NCBI GenBank assembly: GCA_012295275.1
Contig: CM022679.1
Span: forward strand, 8,370,001 to 8,434,000
Origin: Chrysomallon squamiferum
Lineage: Eukaryota; Animalia; Mollusca
DNA length: 64,000 nucleotides
Reading direction: 5' to 3'
Shown here: positions 40,036 through 54,655 of the stretch, piece by piece
Position numbering within the stretch: position 1 is the first letter of the stretch
Layout of the letters: every line of letters begins with the position of its first letter
Made by a program: the position numbers and the translations under genes
The notes under the pieces: model-generated
Database searches by the model: none
Told to the model about the DNA's origin: nothing
The model's input: the letters and a program-made list of their open reading frames with translations, nothing else

Positions 40036-41881
40036 TGAATAACGAAGACAGGTGTATATATACACATACATACACAGATACATATAATTATGTTTGAGCA
40101 ATTTACATTTAAGTAATACACTTTCTCATTTTTTTTATTTTTCTTTTCTTTATTCGATCTTTATTCTTTCTTCCTTTGTACTTTTATTTGATTTTTGTCA
40201 TACTTTCTTTTTTCCTTTTTTAACATTTTTTCCCCCCATTATTTCATTTTTAATTTCTTCCCGTTCTTTATTCATTCATTTTTTTCTTTCTTTCTTCCTG
40301 TCATCCTTTCCATCATCTCCTTCCTTTTCAAATTTCCTTTTTTCCCCTTTCTCTCTCTCTTTTTTTTTTTTTTTCATTTCTTCACCGTTTTTGTTTCACT
40401 TTCATTTCATCATCATCATCTTCATCTTGTTTTTTAAAAAGATTTCTTTTCCTTATACCGCATTCATTTCTTTCATTCTTTTAACATCGTCTCTTTGTGA
40501 TGAATGTTTGACTTATTCACTGCATAACAGTTAGATCAGTTTAATGAATTCCACGCATTAAATTACGTGTCACTGCGATCTGGCTTTGAAAGGCTGAATA
40601 TAAAAATAAATTACAAAGTGATTCACAATGCAGATGAATTGTCGGCTAAGTCTATCAAAAACCATAGCGTTATGTATACAAGTATTCGTGACAATAGCGT
40701 TGCAGAATAAGAAACAGACGAACAACAAAAAATAGAAATGAAAATTATTTATATGTTAAAGACCACAGAATATGAATTTTGCATTTGTCGCGAAATGTCT
40801 TTTGCGGTGTACCGCGTCACGGACAGAGAGAGAGAGAGGCGGAGAGGTAGATGACCTCCAAACACAGCCACACCCACAGCCACACCCACACACACCCACA
40901 CCCACACACACCCACACATACATACACACACACTCACACACACATTTATAGTACAATGTATGTATCTTTATTTATAAGTGTATATATGTGCATATATATA
41001 TATATATGTATATGTGTGTATGTATATATATGTATATAGATATATATTGATATATTTAATGTACACTTATATACACACAAACACAGCTATATTTTATCTT
41101 TTCTCTGTAATGAAATTCATTTAGTCTTAAGCGATATATTCACCACTGTTATATAAAACTAAATAACTGTAGTTTAAATTAAGCAGAATGGACTGTCCAG
41201 TAAAACATTTCTTCCTTCTTTTTTCATTCCTTCCTACTATCTCTCCATCCCTGACGTTTTATATGACTTTACAGAACAAAAATATACATAGAGATAATAA
41301 CAGAAATACTGTTAATTCATTACATATTTTTTTTAATTATAATATATTTTACAACATACAGTATAGTGTATTCTTTCACTGAAAAACATTCAGGTTTTTA
41401 TATCCTGATGCAGGGAAAACACACAAAGTTAATTTCCTTGTCTTTTGTTACTTTTAGAAACCTACGGAAACTTTCGATATACAATACATTTATATCGTGT
41501 GTAATATGGCTCTTTTATATAATAATCTTGTGGCGAGAAAAATTTCACTTTATTTTCAATATATTTGAAAAAACTGAGTAACAGAAATTGTTTGTCGGAT
41601 GACTTTATACATTACTGCACAGTTCTGACTAAAATATCATCGTATGGTTTTTTTAAATGATTAACCTCTGCCCATATACATATATAATACATAATATTAT
41701 TACATTTGCAAGAGGAGTATTAGCAGTAGTAATAGTAGTAATAAAAGTACTAATAGTAAAGTAGCAGCAGTAGTACTACTAGTAGTAGTAGTAGTGGGAG
41801 TAGTACAAGTTACTCAGTCTGATGTGGGTTTTTATAACATCTAATCCAGTCTGTTTAAACTTTGTGTCTTTCTTTACCCAG

Positions 41882-41912
41882 AATCGTTCACTTGTTGGAC
41901 CACAACAAATTG
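41882..41912 (+). other. Orphan 31-nt exon candidate, probably non-coding 5' UTR or lncRNA
   Basis: ctttgtgtctttctttacccag|AATCG...AAATTG|gtaagt: strong pyrimidine tract, consensus donor and a CTAAT branch-like motif upstream. Confidence 0.55.
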
Positions 41913-42055
41913 GTAAGTAATTATTTTAAAATGTATTATCTCGAAATTATTTATCAGGTTTTGAAATATATACTGGAAGATTATTTATTAAAATGACATA
42001 AATCGAATTAACAACAATTTAGAAAAAGATAATTTTGTACATCAACGTCATCAAA

Positions 42056-42100
<45 letters not shown>

Positions 42101-42119
42101 GTTATTATTATTGTTATTA

Positions 42120-42174
<55 letters not shown>
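42056..42174. repeat. (ATT)n microsatellite
   Basis: Direct reading. Confidence 0.95.
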
Positions 42175-42175
<1 letters not shown>

Positions 42176-42389
42176 CCTCAGCAGTGTGTAAAAACGTTTC
42201 CAGTAGAATAATGTTAGTTTATCAGCTTTTTCCAGCACGTTTTTTTTTACGTTATAATATGGTTTATCAAAGACCCATATAAGAGATTTCCTCTGTGTAT
42301 GTTTAAAATAAATCTTCGATTCATTTCAGCTAGAGGAGATAAGAGTGAAACTAAAACACAGATATTAAATGTATAAAGTGATATCAGTA

Positions 42390-42450
42390 AATGTGTGGTT
42401 AAACCACCACGCTATGGCTGATAGGTCGCGGGATCAAATATCCGACTGAC
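42390..42450 (+). mobile_element. Decayed tRNA-derived SINE head
   Basis: GTGTGGTTAAA (A-box-like) ... GGGATCAAATATCC (B-box-like) at tRNA-like spacing. Confidence 0.35.
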
Positions 42451-42767
42451 TGCGTTATTCTCTGCGCTCTTTGTAACTCTCTGTTATCCTGTGTGATAGA
42501 GGCTCCAAGACCGGTAACTCTGTATGGTGACATGTTTAATTTTTTTTTTTTACTCTTCGTAAATCTAGATCTAGTTTTCTTATGAAGTTTTGGTTTTTTT
42601 TTTTTTTTTTTTTTCGTTCTTCTTTTTGAGCTGTTTCTTTGTTTTGTAATTTTTGTAGATTTTAAAGTACACTTGCAATTTATATCCAGATATTAATAAT
42701 ACTTGTATCTATAAGCATTTTTCTGCAATAAGTTACATTGCTGTTGATTGTGGTAAGTGTGTGTGTG

Positions 42768-42851
<84 letters not shown>

Positions 42852-45077
42852 GTTATTAAGGAAAGAATTAAGTAGAATAAAAATGTGATACGAGATAAAT
42901 AGTTATACAAATACGGATTGACAAACATTCTAATCTATATACCAACATCCAAATGCTCTACTAACAAGCAAGTTAAAGCATTCACCCTCCAAAGAGTCAC
43001 TCATACAGATAGACGTGCACATACACTCTTAGCGATATTTATGAAAATAATAAATAATACTCACAAACAGAAACACAAACGTACACGAATATGACCATGT
43101 TGATCATACAACAAAACAGCATTCACTACATCAAGTACAACAAAACAAAAAAACTCAAAAAATAACAACAATAACAAACAAAACAGTCAAACACGCACAC
43201 ACACACAATAAAAAAGATAACAATACAAAATAAAATAAAAAAACGAATGAACAGTCACAGTACTGTATTTATCGTTGATTAATTTGCGCACCGCAGTGGC
43301 GGGAATCAATATAAAGATAATTTACTTCATTAGAGGAATGTTAATAAACCAGACAAATCTCCTTTTCTCATTAACCTGTAATGTCATTCAGCAAAACTGC
43401 CAAACTTAAATTAAAAAAATATATATAAAAAAATGGTTGCATTGGATTTTTCGGTTCTGTTTATTTAACGATTTTCTGTCAGTCCCTTGTAGATGAGTTT
43501 TTATTCAGATGACTTTTTGTTTTGTTTTCCTTTTCATGGTCGTTTTTATTAGCTGACGTTTGTTTTCATTTTGTTTTCAAAGTCATCGCTCATGATTGTT
43601 TTTAATGGTCTTCTGACGTTCAAGTGACTGTCAAAAGAAAAAAAAACAGTCTGTGGTAAGTTTTAAAATTATATTTTAACAATATCGTATGTATGTCTTT
43701 TTTTTTTTTTTTAGACGTTTACAGGAAAGTAAAATTATTCTTTTATCCATCAGCATCACTTCTGTTTTTCTTCATACACTTTTTGTGTGTATATGTGTGT
43801 GTGTGTGTGTGGGGGGTAAGTGTGTGTGTGTGTGTGTATGTGTGCACGTAAGTTGCATATATGCTTCAGTGAATATTTTGTTGACGTATGTACGTCTGAT
43901 TAGACCCTGCACAGAGGCAATAATTATTGGAGAACTCAGTGGTTACGGTGAACAAAGTCCTCCAGTTAAGACCTCACTAATTTCAGATGCCGCTGATGAA
44001 CTTATGTTGTACTTGAGTAGTTCAGAAGAATGTGACGACATACGAAGTACACAGTTTTGTATCTGGCGTACATATTTGTATTAACCATTTAATACGTGTC
44101 TGTCTGTCTGTCTCTCTGTCTGTCTGCCTATCTATCTGTCTCTCTAGCTATCTATCTCTATCTGTTTGTCTCTGTCTGGCTGTCTGTCTATATGTGAGTG
44201 TGTGTGTATGTATGTGAGAGTGTGCATATGTATCTATAAATGCAAGTATATATATAGTACTTATCTATATCTATATATGTATGTATGGATAAACGTACGT
44301 GAGTATGCACACATAAATATGTACTATACACCTATGTATGCATATGAATGCAAGTATATATCTATCCATGACATGAGTCTGTTTCTTTTAATATATATAT
44401 AAAATTAAAATACAGGTAATTATTAAAACCACTTGGCCTGATTAGCGTTAACTTACTAAAAGAAAAAGTGTCATTGTGAAAGGATGTCTTCTCACTCTTC
44501 CCTTTATTCACCATTCTGCCATCTCCTCACTTACGATTAACTAAGCACACTCGGTGTGTAGAAAGGACTGTTCAGTTTTCCGTGACAAGAGCGTGGTCAG
44601 TTTAACCAGTGACCACGTTACACAGATAACACATTTAACATTGATTATAGCCAACGTTTACTTTGCAAAATGAATGGTGACGGAGGTTGGTCTTTGAAGA
44701 ATGGTTCTCCTGTGACAGAACTTAATAAAACTGTGTAAAGTGTCAGAAGTCACTTGACTTGAATTCGTTAGACAGAGTCTTGTAATCACTGTGCAATCTG
44801 GTCAATCTTACAATTTTTCTAAATTAGCATTTCGTCGATTGGTTTATTGACCTAATTATATAAATTGATGCATGCGTACGTACTCATACATAGACATTTA
44901 AATTATGAACATAGATATGTAGTTAACTGCAAATATATATAAACAGACACGTACATCTAGAATTACGCACACATATACATACATACATACATACATACAT
45001 ACATACATACATACATACATGCATACATACATACATACATATATATATGAATACATGCACACACATACATACGTATC

Positions 45078-45184
45078 TTCTATTTGCAAAACACTTTCTG
45101 TGTTTTAGTCTATATACTGTAAATTATTATTTTTCTATTTGCAAAACACTTTCTGTGTTTTAGTCTATATACTGTAAATTATTA

Positions 45185-45187
<3 letters not shown>
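45078..45187. repeat. Perfect 55-bp tandem duplication
   Basis: TTCTATTTGCAAAACACTTTCTGTGTTTTAGTCTATATACTGTAAATTATTATTT occurs twice. Confidence 0.9.
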
Positions 45188-45237
<50 letters not shown>

Positions 45238-45359
45238 TTTACACTTTTTTCTTCATTTTTTTAAAAACCATTTCAATTTTCTTTCATTATCAAACTGAAA
45301 GTTCGAGCAGCTACAGCATCAATAAGGACTATAACACAATAAAAACGACTGTGCGAAAG

Positions 45360-45795
45360 TCAGAACGCTTGCAGAAGTTTCCGTGTCTGGAGAATATTCC
45401 ATTTCCACACGTTCGTGACGAGTGGAGGTCCGCTCGAATCTAACCGCTTTGTTAAATAACTAGAAACATATTTGGAAGGTTTTGATTTAATTTCCTCCGT
45501 CTCTCCAGTGAAAGGAAGTTATCATTCTTGGTCGGACCTCTCCGGTGTCAGAAGATTCGAAACGAGGCCCGCGCGAGCTGTTGCTCATCGAAAGCCAATT
45601 TGCGCGCATCCTTTTCGTGCGGGCAGACACTCGCTGGACACGTTAGGCAAATTATCATTTTTACACATGTTATCAAGGACCGCTGGAGTTTGCCTTGCCC
45701 ATTGATTATCTATAATCTTCCCTGTCTGATGCCCCGGGCGTGCCGGTACGATCTGAATAAAGATTTCGAAACATTTCATTTGTACGTTTAAGAGC
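45360..45795. promoter_or_regulatory. CpG-rich non-coding patch (enhancer candidate)
   Basis: GC/CpG-rich, high-complexity island without a recognisable protein or usable splice sites. Confidence 0.35.
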
Positions 45796-46339
45796 CATTT
45801 TTTTTTTTTTTTCTTTTTTTTTTTTTTTCTCTCTCTCTCAACTAAAACATCTTACTGCTTAAAACGTACCTGCTTCTCTCTGTACGAGATCGTAACCTTC
45901 TCCAGGCGTTTAGGTCAACGAGTCTTTGAAACTGGCAGGTTTCAAACGTACAAATGGATCCTTTGTGACACAGGATAAAGTAAAACAAAAGAGTGTATGA
46001 TTAAAGATATTTAACACTTAACTGAAGTAGTGGTCTGGATAACGTTGTGGTAGTTTTTATTTCATTTTTATCAAATGAATGTATTTCAGATGTTGTCTTA
46101 GTTCACACTGTTCATTTTAGTGTCTTATTTATGACATGTGTAAGCTTAAATTCTAGATGGTTGTTTTGAGAGTCATGACTTTTGTCAAAGAAGTTTACTT
46201 CTAGACAATAGAAATAGTAAACATACAAAGAATCAGACTAAAAGCTAAACGTACCCTTTACAGTTTGACATAAAATTCAATCAGTCAAAACCATTTTAAA
46301 ATAGTCAAAAAAAAAAAACCCACTGAAGGATCAAAAACA

Positions 46340-46660
46340 TTTTTCTTGGGGACATAATCCAAGATATTAGATTATTTGTCCATGTGTTAGTGAGAGATAT
46401 GATTATTTATCCACAAGTAAGTGAGTTAGTTTTTTAGTTAGAAATGAGACTGTTTGACTCCTGATTGCTCACCTGTTAGTGTGCTAGAGATAAGATTTTC
46501 TGTTTATCACATGTTAGTGTGTTAGTATGTGATATCACTGTCCACGTGTTAGTTGTTGGTTAGAGCTATGATTATGTGTTTACACATTTATGGTAAATGA
46601 CAGAGACACGATTTTTGTTAATAGTATTAATTGGTTAGTTAGAAATAAGAATCACTGTAA
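46340..46660. repeat. Degenerate minisatellite (ATGTGTTAGT..GAGATATGATT...TCCAC-like)
   Basis: Recurring TGTTAGT / GAGATA.GATT units. Confidence 0.55.
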
Positions 46661-47027
46661 TAGTTTTACACCCATAAAATTACCTCAGTGAAGTAGGTGG
46701 TACGGATAGCCCATCCTATGTATACGTTCCAGTATTAAGCAGGATAGTATTAACCAGTGTTACAAACGTATGAATGTAGTATGATAAAGACATTTGTTCT
46801 CACTAACCCAGTGACCCACTGTCCTTTCACTTTCACCAGCTGTGTGTCCACTTAGAGTGTTACAAATAGTGTCACGTGTAACGTTACAACGCCAGGTTCT
46901 CTGTAACATGCTATTTTGTGTCTCGGTTTGGAACACGGACAAGTTCAGAGAGAAAGTTCACGTGTACTGGATCAATCTCAAGAGCAACAACGTCGAGTCT
47001 GTTTATTTATTTATTTATTTGTTTGTT

Positions 47028-47066
<39 letters not shown>

Positions 47067-47231
47067 TTGTGTATAATTTATTTATTTATTTATTGTATGT
47101 TATTTATTTATTTATTTATTTATTTTTATATTTATTGTATGTTATTTATTTATTTATTATTTTTTTAAAATTTGTATAACACTTGTATTCGTTTTTAACA
47201 TGAATAATTGAAATAACTTACTGTGTTTGTT

Positions 47232-47312
<81 letters not shown>

Positions 47313-47539
47313 CCTGTGTGTTTCTCTCATTCTGCTCTTCTTTCACATGCACGCACGGCACGCACCCACATTTTGCATCCAGTGAACTGTCACAGCATAT
47401 ACACAGATTGTTAACATAAATACATTTACTTTAGAATTAATAATAACGTTGATGAGTTAGGTAAAATTAAAATAACTAAAGGCTAGTAAAAAATAGAAGA
47501 AAAAAAAAGTTTTAAAATTAAAATAGATAAATAATGAAA

Positions 47540-47594
<55 letters not shown>

Positions 47595-48166
47595 ATGAAT
47601 GAACACACTCCACTCTGCATTTATTGGACCATTTATATTCTCGAATTGAGAAATTTCCAATGACTCGAAAATAAATTATTCCGATTCCTAACCAAACGAT
47701 CACAGCAAAACAAGCTCAAACTGCTGTACCTCGGAGAAAGTAAAAACTGTGAATTCTAAATAAATATAGTTCAGCATTTTTTTAATATTAATATCCTTGC
47801 TTTTTCTAACTGGAATTATTATTTTCCAGACAATCTTCCCTCCCACTTTTAATCCGTATATACGAAAAAAAACAAACAAAAAAACAGAAGAAGAAAAGAA
47901 AGGACATAAAGGGAGATAAAACACAATGAAAAAAGTACAAGTCGTTAATTTTTCCTAAACAGAATTCTTGTTATTTGCGAGGGTATTTTATCGAGCGAGA
48001 TGGGTTGAATTAAAATGTCAGATTAAACGAATTTAGCAGATTTAAATGTCTGTGGATTACAGAGCAGACAGAGGAGTCACGGGTTACAATAAGTAACTTC
48101 TGAAATTTCATTTATTTAATTTTGTTTTAGATGTAGAAGTACTCCAGTGAGACTTAAATTAAATTC

Positions 48167-48203
<37 letters not shown>

Positions 48204-48302
48204 TCAGTTCAGTTCTTGAAAAGAATTTTTTTAAATTTGTATGTTAGGTTTAAATCTCTGAAATCTCGATGAGTGAATCCTACAGTCGCCATCTAAATTG
48301 CG

Positions 48303-48362
<60 letters not shown>

Positions 48363-50528
48363 GTTTGTCTGTCTATCTATCTACCTATCTATCTATCCAA
48401 TCATTCATTTACTCATCTATTTTTTCATTTATTATCTGTTAATGATGACCGTTGTTTATTTTACATCGTACAGTATTTAAACAATAAAAATATTTTTGTA
48501 ACCGAATAATTATTTACTCATTCATTCTTTAATTCATTTTAACCATCGCCTATCATTCATTTATTCATTTACTCATCACTCATATTCATTCATTCATTTA
48601 ATCATCTCTCTCACTCATTCATTCATTAATTTAATCATCGTTCATTCACTCGCTCATTCATTCATTCCCTCGTTTATCATCCGCTAGTATTCACCCCTTG
48701 TCCTATTTCGCTATTGTGCTTCGAAGTCTTGTTACCACTGACCATAGTGGGTCATCGTTGGCGATTCAAACCGGTCATTTCCCTTTTCTTTAGCTGATTG
48801 TTTTAGCCGTTAAGCCCGTCATCAAGAGACACTAATTAAAACGCCTCGTTGTAATTGGATGTCAGACCAACTCGAATATTTCCCACTGCTTCGACAACGT
48901 CCGTTTCCGATTCACTCGAAAACCTTTGCAGCCGAACAGTGGGATACAAACATTACTCTGACACTTCGCCCGAACGTTCTCAGATAAAACGTATATCATC
49001 TTTTAAGACAAAATGCTCATCGATTCTGGCTAAGTATATACGTGACGCGAGCGTTTTGAATGTAATATTTACGTGTTTGGCACGGAGTCTCGATTTCTAT
49101 AAGTTACAAGCAAATTGATATAGAAATATTGACATGGAAAACAAAATAATATATTTATTCGTTGTTCGCTGACGTCATTGTATTTCAACGAGTCAATACA
49201 AAATATATATATATATTTTTTTTGTTTTGAAATGAAGGTTTATATAGATATAGATATAATAATAATAAGAAGAAGAAGAAGAAAACCTACTAGAAGCATG
49301 AAGGAAAGATAATTTTAGAAATAAACATTAAACAGTGTTTGATTTTTACAAAGACAATGGATTATTTTGTTGTTATTATTTTTCAATAGTATTGTTTGTC
49401 ATTGGCGATGATGCGACAGGAAATTAAAACACCTGGTTAGGTAGTAGATTACGTAGACCATGAATGACAAAATAAAATATTTATAACTGTGGAGGATTTA
49501 AAAAAAAGAAAAAAGTATGCTCATTTGAAACAGTGTTCGAGGTATTGAAAGGGTATGTTTTTGTAATTCTGTTTAATGAAAAGAAAAATTGTCCGCTTTT
49601 AGAGGATGTGATATTCTTTTGAAAAATAGAAAAAAAAAAAAAAAAGAATATGTGTCTATCGGATGTTTCGTTATATACATGTGTGTATATTTGTGTGTGT
49701 GTGTGTGTATGTCTGTGTGTGTGTGGGTGTAGGTGCGTATGTTTGTACATTGGAGTGTTTGTGTATATGTATGTATGTGTGTGTATATGTGTATATGTAT
49801 GTATGTGTGTGTATATGTGTATATGTATGTATCTGTGTGTATATGTGTGTACGTTTATGTATGTAGTTTGTATGTATGTATGTATGTATGTATGCATGCA
49901 TGTATATGTTAATGTATGTATGTTTGTTTGTTTGCGTGATCGTGAGTTTTAATAAAAATAAAAAATAGAAACAGACTGACAACACTACTTGACTATTTTT
50001 ATCAATTAGCAGCAAATATTTCTTCATGTGTTCCTACCCTTCAACAGCAAAACATACAACGCGACATTTGGCGTAATGGCTGTTACGGGAAACAGCCAAT
50101 TTTGAAGAGTGCAGCTTTCTAGAACAAATGAACTTATGGTGATGTTTTCATTTAGTAGAACAGCTGCCAAGTATTTTTAAAAAAAAGGATAAAATTGTGA
50201 GGAAATACTGGGAAAAAATCCAAAAATGAAAACAAATAATAAAAAAGAAAATATAAAAAACGTAAAAGGATTAATTAACGAAAATAGGAAATTATATTCA
50301 GAAATTATATGTTATTTGAAAAGTTAAAAGAAAAAGAAAAAAAATAGAGAAGAAAAGAAAAAAGAGTTCTGTACCTTTTTACGTTACTAATAATTTTCTT
50401 TTAAACTAAAATTAAGTAGTGATAAAAAATAAAAGACTGCTTAGACTAATTTCTGTTTCAACATTCTCGTTTCAAACAGAAAATTATATCAAATAATATT
50501 AAATTTAAATAAAGTATCAGAAATTAGA

Positions 50529-50571
<43 letters not shown>

Positions 50572-51581
50572 TTAATAATAATAATAATAAAATTGACTGA
50601 ATAAAATTATTTTCTAATTTAGAAGGGACCATGGCTATTTGTTGTTTTTCTTTTTCTGTGTATTTTTTTCTTCTGCTGATAATATTGGTAGGTGGCGCTA
50701 TTAACCAAACTAGTTTAATGGATCGACTGCTGAGTTAAATTGGCGCTGCTTTTTTTTTTTTTTCTTTTTTTTTTTTCCTGGCATCCTTTAAAACTTCGTC
50801 TATCCACCAAAACCATCAATCTCTGTTTCTGTAGGTGGTAATTTCCTCCTTTTTCAGACGGTCGGTTTATCGATGGCATGCCAGCGCGTAAACCGCATCT
50901 GTAATCTGCGCTCCGTGATGGAGGAAATCACAACAGAGGAAACCCCCGACTTTTGTTTCCAGAACTGAAACGTTTCGCGTGCTGGCAGCGTTTTACGACC
51001 AGAACGCGATTATACGTAGACAGGACACGCAGAGGTATTTAACGAACGGATAGATCGGGGGGAAAAACAAAATTTAAAAATAACACCACAGAATATTTAA
51101 TTAGACAAAAAACAGAAAAAGCCGGTTAAAAAAAAAAAAAAAAAAAAGGAAAAAAAGAAAGCAAAAAAAAAAAAAGCGGCATTTCCGGTTGTCGTAAATG
51201 AAGAAAGGATTTCAAATGATGTTGTTTTTTTTCATTGGTTTCTTTTTTCTTTTCGTTTCTTTGTAATTTTTTTTTTTTTTTTTTTTTTTTTCTTCAAAGA
51301 ATGTCAGGCATTGAAAAGCAGATGATGACAAGGGACATCAGTCAAAGACTAAAGCAAAGTAAGATAACATGTCACTTAGTAATTTATCCAACCCTCAAAA
51401 CCGAGGGCATTTGATGCAGATACGTTCTGAAACATCAAGTGACCGTGACCGTGTAAATTGTTATATCCACGGACATATAAAAACGTGCAGGCCTAACATT
51501 CAAAAGAATAAGTATCGAAATATTTTTTAATGGACAAAATGTTTTTGTTATTTTCATTGTTATCACTATCAATACTAGTAG

Positions 51582-51920
51582 TACAGGTACCGGACCAATT
51601 ATCCGGCGTCCTGAAATCAGGAAAGACCAGGAAACTGGAAGGTTTTTTTCCAGACGCTATTTTCATAGTTCGCGCGCGCGGGTGTTGTCCTCACCAGACC
51701 GGAACTACTCTTTCAAGCCGCGTGGCGTTCATTCCCTCGCCGCATTGTTTACGTGTTGAGTCGCCACAGTTGTGTATCGTGAATTTTCTTTATGTTTTTA
51801 ATTTTAAAATGTTTGTGCCTAATTATTTACGTATTTAGATGCCTTGGTACCAGAAACCCGGAAAATCCAGAAATCCGGAATGCCTCAGGCACTAAGGAGT
51901 CCGGATAGTTGGTATATACA
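51582..51920. mobile_element. Tc1/mariner-pogo (Tigger-like) MITE
   Basis: Inverted termini ACCAATTATCCGGCGTCCT (51594) and AGGAGTCCGGATAGTTGGT (51895-51913). It begins TA-CAG and has internal (T/C)CCGGAA subterminal repeats. Confidence 0.7.
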
Positions 51921-52735
51921 AGGAATAACATTTTTAAATAGATAATATACAAAAAAACAAACAAAAAAAACAACAACAAAAAAACAAAAACAAAGAGAAA
52001 ATGAAAAAACAACAAAAACAACTATTAAGTTATTAAAAAAATAATAATAAAAAATTCATTTCCAACTATATTTCATTTGATTATTCGTCATAAAAAAAAA
52101 TAAAAAATAAAAAATAAAATAAAATAATAATAATAGTAATAATAAAAATTTAAAACCCCGAAACTCAGTTATCAGTATTTCTTTAAACGTTTTCTTGTAA
52201 TGCAGTTCAATTCTACCTTCACCCCATAAAAAGAATTTAGCACACTCACTCAATGCGCCATATTAAAATGGATTCTCTGATTGTGACGTCAAATCCGATA
52301 ACCAATTTAAATTCATTCAGGCAATTCGATATATTTTACTCAACTCCACCCACTTGGTTGTCAATAGCAACGAATCGTGGAGCCTAATCCATTATAAAAA
52401 AAAAAAAAAAAAAAGAAAAGAAAGAAGCGTCTTGCAACTTAACAACTTAGCAAAAATAGAAATGGCGTAAAAAGATTAAATTTTTGGATCCGAACCTTTA
52501 GCTCTTCCGCTCATAATCTATTTTCAGAATCGGCGCTGCTGTTTTCACACAACCTAAATAGACAACTGGCGCTGTGACCCGTTTAGCTTTCTAGGCGTCC
52601 CATTTGCAAATGGGGTAGAGCAGACGTTATTCAAATGTCAAAGCAGTAGTTCGGTTTGTCTGCTGTCCGGAACAAGCGAAGTAACTCGCGTGGGCGGTCC
52701 CAGAAAAGTCTTCGTATCACTGTGGTATTAAAGGG

Positions 52736-52818
52736 AATTACGCATTTAGAGTTATCGATCTTGGCCCTGACTGGTGACGATATCGATCCGATCACGTGAC
52801 GTTTCGTATACGCCCATT
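52736..52818 (+). promoter_or_regulatory. Duplicated cis-regulatory module, copy A
   Basis: AATTACGC-TTTAGAG-TATCGATC-N20-TATCGATC-TCACGTGACGT-TACGCCCATT, with a GC box just upstream. Confidence 0.6.
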
Positions 52819-52907
52819 TAATTCGGGAGATTAAATCGCTTGCTCTTTTATGTTCTTCTTTATGATAGTTCTTAAGTCCACGCTATATTTAGATTCGTTA
52901 GGCTTCA

Positions 52908-52963
<56 letters not shown>

Positions 52964-53720
52964 GATCAAAATGATGATGATGATTAAAGCAACGATTATG
53001 ATTATTAAATTATTTTTTTTTTAGAAATAAATATACTTTTTTCACCTTGTAACACGAAAATGCAAAATTAGAAGTATAGCATTTAATTCTGTTATTAAAT
53101 ATTTTGTTTGAATTAATTTTTAAAATAGTAATCTGAACACGAATTTATGCCAAGAATGTTTATATATAGCTGTGCGTGTGTGGATAAATTTTTGCATGCA
53201 CGCACAGATATCTTCATAGATATACAAATACACTCAAATAGACATACATATACAGCGATATATACAAACTCACATACAGACACATTTACAGAATATTCAT
53301 ACACACAGATACAGACATATACACATACACATACTTACAGACATACACACAAACACTTGAGAGTGTTATTAAAGCTAAATGTTATTATAACTGGTTCCAT
53401 TTAATTTATCGTAAGATAAAAATGAACTGTACGACGTGACGTCACGAAATAAAGAAAATGTCAGCCTCCGTGCTTCTTCTCGGGAATATTATTCCAAAGT
53501 GAATTCTGTTTCTAATTATTTATTTTTCTCTCTTTATTTATTTATTTATTTTTATTTTTTTCAGTTATAAAATTGTCTCCGTTTTCTCCAGACTTTCGAC
53601 TTTTGATTAATAAAAATAAAACTCTAAATCCGAGAGTTTTGGAAAATCAAATTTAATACAGTATTGTCATTTTTTTTTTTTTTCTTGATGACCTTTTAAA
53701 CTCAAATGTCATAATCAGTA

Positions 53721-53914
53721 CAGTGGCGGATTGAAGGGGTGGGGCAGCCTTCCCTGGGGTTTATTCACACACCCACACACCCACATATAAAACACACATA
53801 CACAGACACACACAAACATGTATTAACGACATTTAATTTTCACTTCTTTATAATGAAACTCGTTTCACAGTTATGGCACCCCCTGTTCTGTCTGAAACTC
53901 TGGTTCTGACCTTG
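53721..53914. mobile_element. Possible decayed DNA-transposon MITE (hAT-Tip100/Harbinger-like ends)
   Basis: Starts CAGTGGCGGATTGAAGGGGTGGGGCAG and ends CACCCCCTG...TCTGGTTCTGACCTTG, a weak inverted match. Confidence 0.4.
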
Positions 53915-54257
53915 CATCACATCATCTGATAGCAGTTTTTAGAAACAAACAAATATTTTACGACATCGTCGTTGACGTCACAGACAAATCAATTAATATG
54001 AGTTATAGCTTTTGCAGTGGAAACAAAAAAAAAGAAAAAAATGATTTATACATTTATTATTTTTTTTCTGTCCCTCCATCCTCTTTTATTTGCGTAAATC
54101 ATTTTCCAGCAGATATTAATTAAATAATCTTACGTTATACGTATGGTCATAATTACGTTAGGACGATTAATTTTGTCAGAACAACCTTTTATGACCCACA
54201 CACGCCATAAATGTTACAACAAATTATTAAAAATCAATTAAGATTTTCTCACACAAA

Positions 54258-54333
<76 letters not shown>

Positions 54334-54571
54334 TAGTATTTCGTCAAACGAAACAGCCCAGTATAGTAAAATGTCAGAAACAACGACATTTAATTGTCTA
54401 GACAGCACGCTATCAATACAAACACGCACACACACACATCACATCTTTGCCTATAGAAACACAGCGATCACCGAACTGGTCGAACATTGATCGGTGGGCG
54501 GAGCCATCTGTCACGGTCGTAAATGGGCGGGGCGTACGGAATTTTTCACATCAGCATGCGATATTGGACAC

Positions 54572-54655
54572 AATTACGCTTTTAGAGATTATCGATCGAT
54601 GGTCCGGCCAAGAAATAATATCGATCGCGTCACGTGACGTTAATTTACGCCCATT
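54572..54655 (+). promoter_or_regulatory. Duplicated cis-regulatory module, copy B; promoter candidate
   Basis: Same motif order and spacing as 52736-52818, with a perfect GTCACGTGAC. Two GC boxes lie upstream and a donor AAG|gtaatt lies at 54756. Confidence 0.6.
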
